From Syntrophomonadaceae bacterium (GTDB lineage Bacteria; Bacillota; Dethiobacteria; DTU022), in the NCBI GenBank assembly GCA_003567725.1, contig PWYU01000057.1, positions 9,205-73,204 of the forward strand: a DNA stretch of 64,000 bases, given 5' to 3'. The translations under genes and the position numbers were made by a program. The notes beneath the pieces were generated by a model. It was not told the DNA's origin. It ran no database searches and saw only the letters and a program-made list of their open reading frames with translations. Each line of letters starts with the position of its first letter. The first letter of the stretch is position 1. Positions 1-10,661 of the stretch are shown piece by piece.

Positions 1-1524
1 ATTGCGAGGGCTGTTGAATCCATGGCATACAAATTTACAGATACCCATACAGTCTACAACGGCGTAGATAGTTTCACTGAAATTGACCACTGTACTTTTT
101 GATTGATACGAAGTTGGATTGGGGTCTACCGGTTCGCCGTACAGCTGAGTGGTGAATGATACCGGCAGATCGAGTATTTCCAGGGTAGGCCTGCTCCGGA
201 GGTGGTCAGCGCCGCGGGATGAGGTGGCAATCCCGAGGGCAAAGCCTTTCAGGTAGCGCACATCATGCGGGTCGGACTGGGGCAGCCCTTTTATGGCAAT
301 CAGGAAGTCCGCCGTTTCCGGGCCGTACTTTTGAACCAGCCTGCTTCCTTCGGCCAGGGTATCGCCCAGGCCTTTCCGGTAAGCAATATCGTAGATTAGC
401 TTTTTGGCCATATCATAATCGCCGAACCTGAGGATGCGTCCTGCTGTTTCTTCGTTCAAATAACCTTTTTCAAACAGTTCGATGGCCCAGGCAATGTAAG
501 TTCCGGTGGAAGAGACATCCAGGCCAAGATCGTTTACGATATTGTTTAAATCGATCATTTTTGCCGTATCAGCCACCCCAATATTTGCGCCCAGCAGTAC
601 TTCGGTTGTATATTCTGGCCCTTCACCGCCTAAAGTATTACGGTGCCTGCAGTGAACCACACAGCCGTAACAGCCGATCATTTTTTCGACGTGTTTATGC
701 ACTTCTTCGGCATTAAGTGTATCAAAGAAAACGGTTTGCTGGCTGTTGTGGGTCCTGATGGCGCCCAGGTAGTTGCTAACATCGTAAAGCAGTGGTGTGC
801 CTACCCGGCCCAGGACGTTGATCACCTTGGATTCCTTGAGGTAATCTCTGAGCTCAATGTATTTATCGATCATCCCTTGAGGATCGGCTACAGGAAGCCC
901 GCGGTTTCCTCTGGCTACAACGGCTTTTAAGTTTTTGGAGCCCCATACCGCTCCGGTTCCGCAGCGCCCGGCGGCATTTTTTACACCGTAGCGGGTACAG
1001 GCAAAACGAACCAGGTTTTCCCCGGCCGGCCCGATGGATTGGACTTCTACATCGGAACCCAGATCGTAATGGAATTTGGCCTCAGTTTCGCTGCATAGCA
1101 GCCCCCAGTAATCTGTGGCGTCGCGAATTTCAATCTTGCCATCTTCTAAATAGAGATAAACCGGCTTGTCTGCTTTGCCAAGGATAATCAGTCGGTCTAT
1201 ACCGGCAAAACGCATCTCCGGGCCCAGGAAGCCCCCAATGTTGGAATCACCGATGATCCCTGATTCTGGTGATTTGCAGGTAACGCTGTGCCGCCCGGTA
1301 TTGGGGGCCAGAGTGCCGGTTAAAATTCCGGTACCCAGGATCAAGACATTATCAGGAGATAAGGGGTCGGCCTGCGGTTTCAGGTATTTGTAAAGGTAGT
1401 ACATATTTAGGCCTCGGCCGCCAACGAAGTTTTTAATTATTTCTTCAGGAGTTTCCAAAAAATCGACTGTGCGGTCGGTAAGGTTAACAACTGCATTGAC
1501 ACAAAGCGGTCTTGTTTCTTCCAC
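1..1524 (-). CDS. W/Mo aldehyde:ferredoxin oxidoreductase family protein (3' end runs off the window)
   Basis: Not in the ORF track because there is no stop in the window. Manual translation from GTG at 1524 (RBS GAGGTG) gives FVGGRGLN, KSPESGIIGDSNIGG, AGRCGTGAVMGSKNLKA, CYGCVVHC, EGPEY, DLGLD and SSRGADHLR, all AOR motifs. Confidence 0.92.
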   Translation of the reverse strand, partial: MEETRPLCVNAVVNLTDRTVDFLETPEEIIKNFVGGRGLNMYYLYKYLKPQADPLSPDNVLILGTGILTGTLAPNTGRHSVTCKSPESGIIGDSNIGGFLGPEMRFAGIDRLIILGKADKPVYLYLEDGKIEIRDATDYWGLLCSETEAKFHYDLGSDVEVQSIGPAGENLVRFACTRYGVKNAAGRCGTGAVWGSKNLKAVVARGNRGLPVADPQGMIDKYIELRDYLKESKVINVLGRVGTPLLYDVSNYLGAIRTHNSQQTVFFDTLNAEEVHKHVEKMIGCYGCVVHCRHRNTLGGEGPEYTTEVLLGANIGVADTAKMIDLNNIVNDLGLDVSSTGTYIAWAIELFEKGYLNEETAGRILRFGDYDMAKKLIYDIAYRKGLGDTLAEGSRLVQKYGPETADFLIAIKGLPQSDPHDVRYLKGFALGIATSSRGADHLRSRPTLEILDLPVSFTTQLYGEPVDPNPTSYQSKSTVVNFSETIYAVVDCMGICKFVCHGFNSPRN

Positions 1525-1553
1525 TGTAATCACCTCTCTAAAAGGCCGGATAT

Positions 1554-2930
1554 TTACCGCCAGGCCCTTTTATCCAGCTCTCTTTCGGTCCAGCTTTTTT
1601 CATTGAAGCTTTTTTCGTAACGCCTGCCTGATGAGTGGCTCTCCGGCCACTCGATCGCGGTGCCTTCCAAGTCGGCTTCTCTTTTTTTGCGCAGATAATC
1701 GTATAGTTGATATTTTTCTTCCAGGAAAGAATCCTTGATGATGCCGACCAGGTTTTGCTCCCTGATTAAATCGTTAATTGCGCCTGCATAGCTGATGTCG
1801 CCGATCAGAATGGCCCCTTTGAGGCGGTTGTCTTTAAAGACCAGCTTTTGATAAAGATTGTTCTTTTCACTGATTCTCTCTTTTGTTTCTGTACCTTTTA
1901 GACCCTCAGATTCAGGGTCGAAAAGGCCCATAGATATGACTGGCATGTTAAAGAAAGATACTGAATTCATACCAACTGAGCCCGGGTAGCGCTTCATATC
2001 CCCGGCCATACACAATCCTGCATAGCGGCCCTGTTCGTAAGCGTTGGGCCAGTTGGCATTAACCATACTGCTTTGCCTGGGGATGTCGTGAGTTTCGGCT
2101 ACGTCTCCGGCAGCAAAAATATTGGAGAATGAGGTTTGAAAGTAAGGGTTAACGACAATACCCATATTAATTTCTATCAGGGTGTTTTCGGCCAGGGTGG
2201 TATTGGGTGCTACTCCGGTGGCGATAATTACTATGTTACAGGCAATCTTTTCCCCGTTTTTAAGGGTTACCCCGGTTACTCCAGCGGTTTTGTTCCCGGT
2301 TATTTCCTGAACGGCACAGCTGGTTATAACATTGATTCCGCCTTCTTCCAGGCTCTTTTTAACCATTTCTGAACCTTTTTGATCGAGAACCCTGCTCGCT
2401 ATCCGGGGCAGTAGTTCGATCAAGGTTACTTCGGCCCCGGCTTCCTGAAGCCCGTAAGCTGCTCGCAGTCCGATCAAACCTGCTCCGATTACAACGGCCC
2501 GGTTTCCTTTTTTGAGCCGTTCCAGAATTTGCCTGACATCTTCATAGGTCTGAAATATGCCTACTCCTTCATAATCATCACAGCCCGCTATGGGTGGAAC
2601 ATTGACCCTTGAGCCAGTGGTTAAAAGCAGGCGATCATATTTAAGTTTTGATCCGTCTTCCAGGCAGACTTGTTCGGCCAGGGAATCCACTTCTGTTACT
2701 GTTCTTTCAAGCATTAACTTAACCCGGTGCTTATTATAGAAGTCTTCCGGGCGGTAAGGCATGCGGTCTTCTTCTACATCTCCGGCCAGGTAATGAGCGA
2801 TTAAGGGCCGGGAATAAACGTGTTCTGGTTCATTGCTAACCACGGTCAGGTTGCTGTTTTGATCAATCCGCCTGATTGATTCGATTGATCCTACCGCGGC
2901 GGCGCTGTTGCCAACAATTACATATTCCAC
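1554..2930 (-). CDS. FAD/NAD(P)-dependent oxidoreductase (NirB-N/AorC-like), probable AOR partner
   Basis: VIVGNSAAA, YDRLLLTTGS, VVIGAGLIG and IFAAGDVAE motifs; 29 bp upstream of the AOR gene. Confidence 0.85.
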   Translation of the reverse strand: MEYVIVGNSAAAVGSIESIRRIDQNSNLTVVSNEPEHVYSRPLIAHYLAGDVEEDRMPYRPEDFYNKHRVKLMLERTVTEVDSLAEQVCLEDGSKLKYDRLLLTTGSRVNVPPIAGCDDYEGVGIFQTYEDVRQILERLKKGNRAVVIGAGLIGLRAAYGLQEAGAEVTLIELLPRIASRVLDQKGSEMVKKSLEEGGINVITSCAVQEITGNKTAGVTGVTLKNGEKIACNIVIIATGVAPNTTLAENTLIEINMGIVVNPYFQTSFSNIFAAGDVAETHDIPRQSSMVNANWPNAYEQGRYAGLCMAGDMKRYPGSVGMNSVSFFNMPVISMGLFDPESEGLKGTETKERISEKNNLYQKLVFKDNRLKGAILIGDISYAGAINDLIREQNLVGIIKDSFLEEKYQLYDYLRKKREADLEGTAIEWPESHSSGRRYEKSFNEKSWTERELDKRAWR

Positions 2931-3119
2931 ATCTATCTGCCTCCCCGTAACTTTCTTCCCCCGGCTTAAACCGCTTTAATCGGTAAAAGTGGTAAGAAGT
3001 ATCCCCTCCCAGCCTTTAAAATCAGGCAGGGAGAGGGATTCTTTTCAAAAGAAGTTTGTATGTTTTATCTTGAATGATCTGCCGGATTAGCTTATTTTGC
3101 ATATGATTAGTTTTAGTGC

Positions 3120-4187
3120 TTAGAAATCAGGTTGTAAAATCACCCGTTTCATTAGTTTTCCGGCGTGAGATTCTTCAAAGGACTTTGCGATCTGGCTCAT
3201 TGGCCGCACCTCTACAAATGGTTCAATTTTAATCTTGTTATCCATTACCATCTGTAAAACTTCTTTATAATAGCGGGGCAGGCAGCCCCAGGTTCCGATG
3301 ATTTCGGCATCAAAAGCCATTAACTTGGAAAGCATATATTCTACTTTTTGCATTCCAAATCCTACAACAATTAACTTCCCGGTAAAAGATAGCAGTTCAA
3401 GTCCTATTTCCTGGCCTGCCTTGGAACCGGAGCACTCGAATATTTTCCACCCGTGGCCGGGTAACCCGTTTTCCTTGCAGTACCCCTTGTAGGTATTTTT
3501 GATATCCTTTACGCCCTGGTCCAGGGTACTGATGGTATGGGTGGCCCCAAAATCCAGAGACCGTTTTAGCTTTTCCTTGCTTCTGGCTATGGCGATTACC
3601 GATTCTGCTCCAAGCGCATGGGCAATTTGGGTCATATATACCCCAATGCCCCCGGTAGCACCGATAATGACTACCCGGTCTCCGGGTTGGATGTCGGCCC
3701 TTTTTGCGGCCTGATAGGGGGATGTAATAGCATCAGCCACAACAGAAAGATATTCAAGAGGCATTCCATTCCGATTTTCCACTACGCACAGGTCTTCTGA
3801 TGGAACCGGGATATAGTTGGAAAAGCCGCCATAAATGCCCATACTGTTGCCGGGCATTTTTTGTTTAAGGCAGCGGTTGTTTCTGCCTGCTGCACAAATA
3901 TCGCATTTATTGCAGGGCATAACTGCCGGGATGATAACTTCCTTTCCGATTAAATTTTCATCTCCTGCGACAACCTTCCCGCTGATTTCATGGCCCAGGG
4001 TCAGCGGGGGATCGTTGACTGTGGGAACCCCATCATAAAAATAACCGACATCAGTATGGCAAACTCCGCATCCGGCAACTTCCACCAGGGCTTCTCCTGG
4101 CTGCAGCTCAGGCGTATCAATAGTGGTTTTTTCCAGCTTTCCAGGTTCTTTCATTTGCCATGTTTCAATTTTTGCCGGCACGCTCAT
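3120..4187 (-). CDS. had: 6-hydroxycyclohex-1-ene-1-carbonyl-CoA dehydrogenase (Had/BamQ)
   Basis: Zn-ADH motifs GCGVCHTD and GHE; Had-typical YFYDGVPT, QKMPGN and LMAFDAEIIGTWGC; adjacent to dch and oah. Confidence 0.93.
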   Translation of the reverse strand: MSVPAKIETWQMKEPGKLEKTTIDTPELQPGEALVEVAGCGVCHTDVGYFYDGVPTVNDPPLTLGHEISGKVVAGDENLIGKEVIIPAVMPCNKCDICAAGRNNRCLKQKMPGNSMGIYGGFSNYIPVPSEDLCVVENRNGMPLEYLSVVADAITSPYQAAKRADIQPGDRVVIIGATGGIGVYMTQIAHALGAESVIAIARSKEKLKRSLDFGATHTISTLDQGVKDIKNTYKGYCKENGLPGHGWKIFECSGSKAGQEIGLELLSFTGKLIVVGFGMQKVEYMLSKLMAFDAEIIGTWGCLPRYYKEVLQMVMDNKIKIEPFVEVRPMSQIAKSFEESHAGKLMKRVILQPDF

Positions 4188-4220
4188 GAGGTAAAACCTC
4201 CTTTGCTTTGTTATACTCTA

Positions 4221-4985
4221 TTATTTTCCTTTCCAGACTGGTTTGCGTTTTTCCATGAAAGCCTTAAGGCCTTCTACGGCATCTTCTGTTTTCATGACTT
4301 CATCAAGGTAGATCCGGTCTATAACTTTCAAGCCTTCTTTAAAATCTTTATCCAGGCCCGCCAGGGCGGCTTTCTTGGTCAGAGGGACCACCGCCGGGCT
4401 TAGCTTTGTAAAGCGCTTCAGGAAATCTTTAGCTTCGGCCTGAAAGTTTTCTGCTGGAACAACCTTGTTTACAAGGCCCATCTGTTTTCCTTTTGCTGCT
4501 TCAAAGGTATCACCGCTCAGCAGTATTTCTATGGCCAGGGGCCAGGAAACCAGCCGGGGCAGGATATAACAGGCAATTGGGGGAAACACCCCCACCTGTA
4601 TTTCCGGCTGTCCCAACTTGGCCTTTTCTGAAGCCACCACCAGGTCGCAGAAAAGGACAATTTCATAGCCACCACCAAGCGCTGCCCCGTTAACCAGGGC
4701 GACAATTGGTTTATTGATTTCAGACATGGTAAAAAAAAGACGGTCAAACACATCGATCATGGATTCTACTTTTTCAGGAGTGTGGTCGGCTATATCTACA
4801 CCGGCGGAAAAAGCTTTTCCTTCACCTGTGATGGCCACCACAGATTCGGATTGTTCATTGGCCCATTTCAGAGCCTGGATTAGTTCTTCCATCATTTCAA
4901 TATTTAAGACATTAAGGGGAGGATGGTCCAGAGTGATGGTGGCTACCCCGTTTTCATTTTTGGTCTGTAAATAGTTATAACCCAA
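4221..4985 (-). CDS. dch: cyclohexa-1,5-diene-1-carbonyl-CoA hydratase (Dch/BamR)
   Basis: Crotonase fold (FSAGVDI, ALGGGYE, GQPEIQVGVFPP, YLDEVMKTEDAVEGL); lies between oah and had; TTG start with RBS. Confidence 0.88.
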   Translation of the reverse strand: MGYNYLQTKNENGVATITLDHPPLNVLNIEMMEELIQALKWANEQSESVVAITGEGKAFSAGVDIADHTPEKVESMIDVFDRLFFTMSEINKPIVALVNGAALGGGYEIVLFCDLVVASEKAKLGQPEIQVGVFPPIACYILPRLVSWPLAIEILLSGDTFEAAKGKQMGLVNKVVPAENFQAEAKDFLKRFTKLSPAVVPLTKKAALAGLDKDFKEGLKVIDRIYLDEVMKTEDAVEGLKAFMEKRKPVWKGK

Positions 4986-5030
4986 AACAATTCACCTCTT
5001 TTTGCCTGCTGCTAAATTTCCAGGAGGAGC

Positions 5031-5088
5031 GGTGTTCCCGGATGCATTACTTCACTTTGGTAAATGATTCTGCACGACCGGGAACACC
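5031..5088. repeat. intergenic stem-loop between oah and dch
   Basis: GGTGTTCCCGG...CCGGGAACACC, an 11-bp perfect inverted repeat. Confidence 0.6.
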
Positions 5089-5128
5089 TTTATTTTTCAG
5101 CAGTAAAAAATAAACTCCGGGCAGGTTG

Positions 5129-6259
5129 TTATTCCTGTTTTTCTCCCATTACCGCATCGATCAGTTCTTGATCGAATGGATGGGCTTCTGCAAGCAACTG
5201 GCGGTATTTGATGAAATCGATGGTGTCCTGGCCGGTCAGTTTCTTGGTATTAAAAGCATTGAAACCGAGGTAAGCTTCTGTCTGCATATTCGCAGCCAGC
5301 CAGTGACGGCTTGGTAATTTGGCTTGATCCCAGAAATATTTCTTTTTCTGACGGATACCGTCAATAGACATCATCAGGCAGTTGGGGAAAAGGTTGCTGA
5401 GGGTCAAGATTACTTTAGCAACTTCTTGATCTAACAAAGTGAAGTCTGTTTCACCGGATTTAAGCATTTCTTTACCCCTGTCTTTTTGTTCGCGCCCGCC
5501 TATTTCTCCATACACGATTTCTCCATCTTCTACATATTTATCGGTGATTACCAGGGGATTACGGACAAATTCGCCATTTACTTTGAGAACCGGGGCCACT
5601 TTGGAGATCAGGCCCAGGCGAAGCATCTTGTAAGAGCTCCACATTTCACATGAAATACAGCTCCACATGGCCTGTTCCATGGTTAAATAAACGGGAAGAA
5701 AGTCGGTGGAACCGCCTACCGGGGCGGAGCCGTGCTTGGGTCCGGCCTGCCCGAACATAGCCAGGTCGGAAGAAATTGTAATATCACAGGCCATTCCTAT
5801 TTCCTGTCCACCTGCAACCCGCATTCCGTTAACGCGGCAGATAACCGGTTTTTTACACATTAAGATGGAATCGACCATTCCATTGAAAAGATCCATGTAT
5901 GCGCCGTATTCGCTGGGGTTGCCACTGTAATATTCGGCATATTCTTTGGTATTGCCGCCGGTGCAAAAAGCCCTGTCTTCAGCTCCGGTAAATACTACGG
6001 CCACCACGGAACGGTCCATGGAAGCATTGTGCATCCCAGCAATAACTCCTTTGACCATTTCAGTGGTATAAGAGTTAAGTTGTTTGGGGTTGTTCAACGT
6101 TACCCAGGCTGTATAAAGGCCATCTACTTCTGCACCTGCAGAATCAAGAACCGGTTTTTTTTCATAGATTACGCAGGGAGGTTCTGTGCCGAAATAATCA
6201 TCGCCGTAAAGTTGGTGATCGACTATTCCATCCTGGCGGGGCCATTTATTAAGATCCAT
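5129..6259 (-). CDS. oah: 6-oxocyclohex-1-ene-1-carbonyl-CoA hydrolase (Oah/BamA)
   Basis: Oah signatures LNNPKQLNSYTTEMVKGVI, AFCTGGNTKEYAEYY, GQAGPKHGSAPVGGSTDFLP and WLAANM. Confidence 0.96.
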   Translation of the reverse strand: MDLNKWPRQDGIVDHQLYGDDYFGTEPPCVIYEKKPVLDSAGAEVDGLYTAWVTLNNPKQLNSYTTEMVKGVIAGMHNASMDRSVVAVVFTGAEDRAFCTGGNTKEYAEYYSGNPSEYGAYMDLFNGMVDSILMCKKPVICRVNGMRVAGGQEIGMACDITISSDLAMFGQAGPKHGSAPVGGSTDFLPVYLTMEQAMWSCISCEMWSSYKMLRLGLISKVAPVLKVNGEFVRNPLVITDKYVEDGEIVYGEIGGREQKDRGKEMLKSGETDFTLLDQEVAKVILTLSNLFPNCLMMSIDGIRQKKKYFWDQAKLPSRHWLAANMQTEAYLGFNAFNTKKLTGQDTIDFIKYRQLLAEAHPFDQELIDAVMGEKQE

Positions 6260-6392
6260 GCTAATCCTCCTTATAAGTTAATGATTTAGAATTTAATTAT
6301 CAGCCATTTTTTAAGGTCCGACTTAATGTCGAATTTTTGGTTTTCCACCCCCTTTATTTCGGCATACTGGTGTAAAATACTTTTTGACTAGC

Positions 6393-6806
6393 TTAAGATG
6401 CCGGTTTAAATTCGTAACTGATTCGCCCGTCGTTAAAAGTTATAGGTTCTACAGTGACCTCCATTCCTCGGGATAAATCCTTTTCGGTAAAACCTTCTTT
6501 GAAGCGGCCGAAAACTTTGGTTCCGTTAAATTCAGCTACGGCCAGGACGTAGGGGACGTCTTCTTCAAAGCCGGTTGGAGCAAAATAAGATCTGGTGAAG
6601 CTGATCAATTTGCCCCTGGGAGAGATTTTAATCCATTCCATCTCACTGCCCAGGCAGGAATAACAGTCAGTTCGTGGAGGGAAAAAGGTGAGCCCGCAGG
6701 GGCTGCACCGGGTGGCATAAAGATCTCCTTGTTCCAGGTAATCGACGAAAGCGCTTGTTTTGGTCTGGGAAGTAAAGCTTAACCTCCCAAATTGTTCAAA
6801 ACCCAT
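6393..6806 (-). CDS. Zn-ribbon/OB-fold (DUF35) protein, thiolase accessory subunit
   Basis: CxxCG..FFPPRTDCxxC followed by the OB-fold segment GKLISFT...PTGFEEDVPYVLAVAEF. Confidence 0.9.
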   Translation of the reverse strand: MGFEQFGRLSFTSQTKTSAFVDYLEQGDLYATRCSPCGLTFFPPRTDCYSCLGSEMEWIKISPRGKLISFTRSYFAPTGFEEDVPYVLAVAEFNGTKVFGRFKEGFTEKDLSRGMEVTVEPITFNDGRISYEFKPAS

Positions 6807-6964
6807 TTTCTTTACCTCCTCCGGCAGAAGATCGCCCGGTGTCTTTTGCCTTTGTTATAGACTTTGCTTTTGGACTGTTAAGTGCTGTGGTTCTAAATAT
6901 GCTTTTCACTATTTGCCGGGTGGAATAGCGATAACTGTTAAGGCTGTTTATTACCTTTCCTTTT

Positions 6965-7054
6965 AGCTTAATAAAAGACAGTTGTTTTAAAAATCCCTTA
7001 AAAGCATGGAAACAAGGTTAAATTGGGGTGAAATAAGGGCTAACCCCTACGATT
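6965..7054 (-). promoter_or_regulatory. conserved catabolic promoter/operator motif, copy 1
   Basis: Minus strand reads AGGGGTTAGCCCTTATTTCA...AACCTTGTTTCCATGCTTTTAAGGGATTT-N20-TAAGCT; related copies at 21980-22069 and 40048-40138. Confidence 0.8.
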
Positions 7055-7066
7055 AAACCTCCTGGA

Positions 7067-8362
7067 TCAAGTCCGGTGATCAATGACCCGGACCGCTTTT
7101 CCTTCAAAGCGCGGCAGGCTGCCGATGGGTTTGATTTCAACATTGCACTTTTTGGCCAGCTGTTGGTGTAGTTCTTTTTCTAAAAATCGGATAAAATGTT
7201 CGTCTACGTCTGTCCAGGTGGCAGGCTCTATTTCAACTTTAATGGTATGAAGGCCTTTTTTCTCTCCCACTACGATCTGCCAGTTTTCACTGAGCTCGCT
7301 ATGGTTTAACAGTATATATTCAATCTGGCAGGGAAAGATATTGGTTCCGCCCACCAGGATCATATCGTCCAAACGGCCCAAAAAGCTAGTGATGCGGGGA
7401 TGGTTGCGCCCGCATGAGCATTCTTCATAATTGACTATAACATGGTCTCCGGTACGGTATCGTAACAGGGGCATAACTTCAAAGCTGAGGTTGCTGATTA
7501 CCAGTTCACCCGGTTGATCTTTTCCGGCCGGTTCCATGGTTTCGGGATCAAGGACTTCAACCAGGTAATGATCGGCCCAGAGATGGATTCCCCTTTCATA
7601 TTCACAGTCCATAGCTATTGGGCCGCCCATTTCGGTAAGGCCGTAACAGCGCCGCATTCCTCCTCCGTGGGCATTATAACCGAGTCTTTCATTAATCCTT
7701 TCTCTTAATTCATCTGAACAGGGTTCACCGCCGTGAAAACCCAGGCGCAGTTTAAGATCGTTAACCGGATCAATACCTTTTTCAGCAGCGAATTCGGCTA
7801 TATAGACAGCATAAGAAGGGGTGCCTGTAAAAACGGTAGTTCCCCATTCCCTCATCAAGCGCAGCTGCCTTTCCGTGCCGCCCGCTCCAGTGGGAATGAT
7901 TTTTGCGCCCACAGCTTCCATCCCGTAATGAAAGCCAAAACCTCCTGTAAAAAGGCCGTAGCCGTGTGATTGTTGAATGATATCGTCTTTTTTTAAGCCG
8001 CCGGCGGTGAAATTGCGGGCCATGCAGGCGGTCCAAACGTCCAGATCATTTTTACTGTACATCATGGGGGTTGGTACTCCAGTAGTGCCGGAAGTCATAT
8101 GAACCCGGACCACGTCTTGCCAATTGCCTGATACCAGCCCATTAGGGTAATTGTCTCTTAAATCGGCCTTTGACATAAAGGGGACCTCTTTTATATCTTC
8201 CCAGTTTTTAATATCCCCGGGTACCAGACCTTTATCAGCGAAACGGTGTTTGATAAAAGAGTTGTTGTAAACCAGATGAGTCTGCGCTTTAAATTTTTCG
8301 AACTGAATATTCTGCAGTTCATCACGGGACATAGTTTCCCACTTTTCTTCAAAAAAAGGCAT
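7067..8362 (-). CDS. paaK: phenylacetate-CoA ligase family protein
   Basis: MTSGTTGVPT, YGLFTGGFGFHYG, YGLTEMGGP, RYRTGD and LPRFEGKAVRVIDHR. Confidence 0.88.
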   Translation of the reverse strand: MPFFEEKWETMSRDELQNIQFEKFKAQTHLVYNNSFIKHRFADKGLVPGDIKNWEDIKEVPFMSKADLRDNYPNGLVSGNWQDVVRVHMTSGTTGVPTPMMYSKNDLDVWTACMARNFTAGGLKKDDIIQQSHGYGLFTGGFGFHYGMEAVGAKIIPTGAGGTERQLRLMREWGTTVFTGTPSYAVYIAEFAAEKGIDPVNDLKLRLGFHGGEPCSDELRERINERLGYNAHGGGMRRCYGLTEMGGPIAMDCEYERGIHLWADHYLVEVLDPETMEPAGKDQPGELVISNLSFEVMPLLRYRTGDHVIVNYEECSCGRNHPRITSFLGRLDDMILVGGTNIFPCQIEYILLNHSELSENWQIVVGEKKGLHTIKVEIEPATWTDVDEHFIRFLEKELHQQLAKKCNVEIKPIGSLPRFEGKAVRVIDHRT

Positions 8363-8876
8363 TATATTCTTTCCTCCTCGAAGTAATAACGCATCTTAGT
8401 TTTTCTGAAACATACCGGTTTATAGGGCCCAAAACCTTTTAGAGCCGGGTTTGTTGTTAAAACGGGATTATCAATTGCCAGAGGGTTGACCCTGCTTATT
8501 ATGGCTCCATGTTATTAAGGTTGCCAAAAGGATATAAATAGTCCAAGCAAGAGCCGACAGTAAAATATAGATTTAACTTGCACTGCTTATCTGTTTATGA
8601 CCTCCTTAAATATTTTAGAAAATACATTATGAAGGGAAGATAAAAAAAACTTCTTATAAAGTTAATATTATAAAATCTGAGCCCATTTTTCTATCACCTA
8701 AAAGAAGTATTTTTTTCTGCAGAGTGTGATATATGGGCTACCTCTGCTTTTAGGCCTTTCTCAGGAAGGGAAATATTTAATAATGAAGAATAATTGTTAT
8801 TAATATATGATAAAGATTTTTCTCACATTTAATCCGGTGCATTAATCTAAAAATACTTAGTGGGAGTGGGGATACA

Positions 8877-10463
8877 ATGACAATGAGCAAGTGGATGCAT
8901 GTCGGTACCGTTCTTAAAAATAATGCCTATAATTACCCCGAACATCTTGGATGCCAGGACAAGGATAAAAGCTTTACATTCAAAGAGTGGAATAACAGGG
9001 CCTGCCGTATCGCCAACGGACTTAAAGAGAAAGGGGTGGGTTACGGGGACCGGGTGGCCATCCTGGCTTACAACCGGGCTGAATGGATGGAGATGTATGC
9101 CGCCTGTGCCAAAGGAGGGCAGATAGCTGTCCCGATCATGTTCCGGCTTACACCGCGTGAATATCAATATATTGTAAATCATGCCGAATGCAAGGCCTTT
9201 ATCGTTGAATCTCCCTTCGTAGAAGGCGTTAGCAGCATCAGCAGTAGTCTGAAAACTATTCCCGATGACAATTATATCTGTATCGGTGATGAAAAAGCGC
9301 CGGCGGGTTTTGTCGATTATGAGGAATTTATCGAGCAAAGCCCTTCCGGTGAACCCGATGTTTTGGTTGATGCAGCTGATGTCTGGACAATTATGTATAC
9401 CTCTGGAACCACGGGTAAACCCAAAGGTGCGGTGAGGACCCATGAGAGTTATATGGCTCAGTACATGCTCAGCAATGTCAATATGGGGGTCCGTTCAGAA
9501 GATAAAATCCTCCTGGTTATGCCGATGTGCCATGTTAATTCTATCTACTATTCTTTTGCTTACACTCTTCTGGCTGCGCCGGTTATGGTTTATAACGTAA
9601 GCTCTTTTGATCCCGAAGATTTTTTAAAAACAATTTCTGAGTACAAGGTTACTTATGCTTCTCTTGTACCAACGCATTATATTACTATCCTCAGCCTTCC
9701 AGATGATGTTAAACAGAAATATGATGTCAGCGGTATGAGACAATTATTGATATCTTCCGCTCCGGCCAGGAAAGATCTGAAACTGGCGATCATGGAGTAT
9801 TTTAAGTCAGCGGAGCTCTGGGAAGCTTACGGCTCCACCGAAGCCGGCCTGGTTACCTACCTGCGCCCGGAAGAGCAATTTACCAAACTTGGCTCCATCG
9901 GTAGAGAGATTTTTGGTTCAGACCGTATCAAGTTGCTTGATATAACCAGGGAAGAAGTTCCTGACGGGGAAGTAGGGGAGCTCTTCAGCCGTTCGCCAAT
10001 TGTTTTCAAGGAGTACTGGAAAGATCAAGAGAAAACGGAAATTGCTTTTCACGGCGACTGGTGTTCAGCCGGTGATATGGCTCGCAGGGATGAGGACGGT
10101 TATTACTACCTGGTTGATCGCAAACAAAATATGATTATCACCGGCGGTGAAAATGTTTATCCCTCGGAGGTTGAAAATGTGGTTGGCGGTCACCCGGCAG
10201 TTAAAAACATTGCGGTAATCGGCATTCCCGATGATAAATGGGGAGAGGCGATTAAAGCAGTGATTGTTCCTTATGACGGTTATGAACCCGGGGATGATCT
10301 GGAAAGGGAAATTATTGATTATTGCCGCGATAAAATTGCCGGTTATAAGCGTCCCAAATCAATTGAATTTATCAAAGAAAATGAGATGCCGGTAACAGCT
10401 ACAGGGAAGATCCTGCATCGGGTTTTGCGGGAAAAATACGGTAGCTGGAATACCGGAAGCTAA
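8877..10463 (+). CDS. AMP-dependent acyl/aryl-CoA ligase
   Basis: YTSGTTGKPKG, YGSTE, GDMARRDEDG, DRKQNMIITGGENVYP and TGKI. Confidence 0.92.
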   Translation: MTMSKWMHVGTVLKNNAYNYPEHLGCQDKDKSFTFKEWNNRACRIANGLKEKGVGYGDRVAILAYNRAEWMEMYAACAKGGQIAVPIMFRLTPREYQYIVNHAECKAFIVESPFVEGVSSISSSLKTIPDDNYICIGDEKAPAGFVDYEEFIEQSPSGEPDVLVDAADVWTIMYTSGTTGKPKGAVRTHESYMAQYMLSNVNMGVRSEDKILLVMPMCHVNSIYYSFAYTLLAAPVMVYNVSSFDPEDFLKTISEYKVTYASLVPTHYITILSLPDDVKQKYDVSGMRQLLISSAPARKDLKLAIMEYFKSAELWEAYGSTEAGLVTYLRPEEQFTKLGSIGREIFGSDRIKLLDITREEVPDGEVGELFSRSPIVFKEYWKDQEKTEIAFHGDWCSAGDMARRDEDGYYYLVDRKQNMIITGGENVYPSEVENVVGGHPAVKNIAVIGIPDDKWGEAIKAVIVPYDGYEPGDDLEREIIDYCRDKIAGYKRPKSIEFIKENEMPVTATGKILHRVLREKYGSWNTGS

Positions 10464-10661
10464 ATGTAAAGCGAAATGAAGCTGTAAGTGATCTGACCAG
10501 GGCGAATGGGTCGAATGCATTTATACTTATTTGTTGAGTTAAAATTACAGTACTACTTCAGGATATTATTTACCGGTTCCTGTTAGTACGATAAAAGGAG
10601 GGGGTGCCTGTTCTGCACCCCCAATTTGCTGTCCCCTTGATTATGCCAAATCAACTTTTGC

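Noticed and set aside
8847-9443. 198-aa minus-strand ORF
   Set aside because: Antisense shadow of the CoA ligase gene; no motifs
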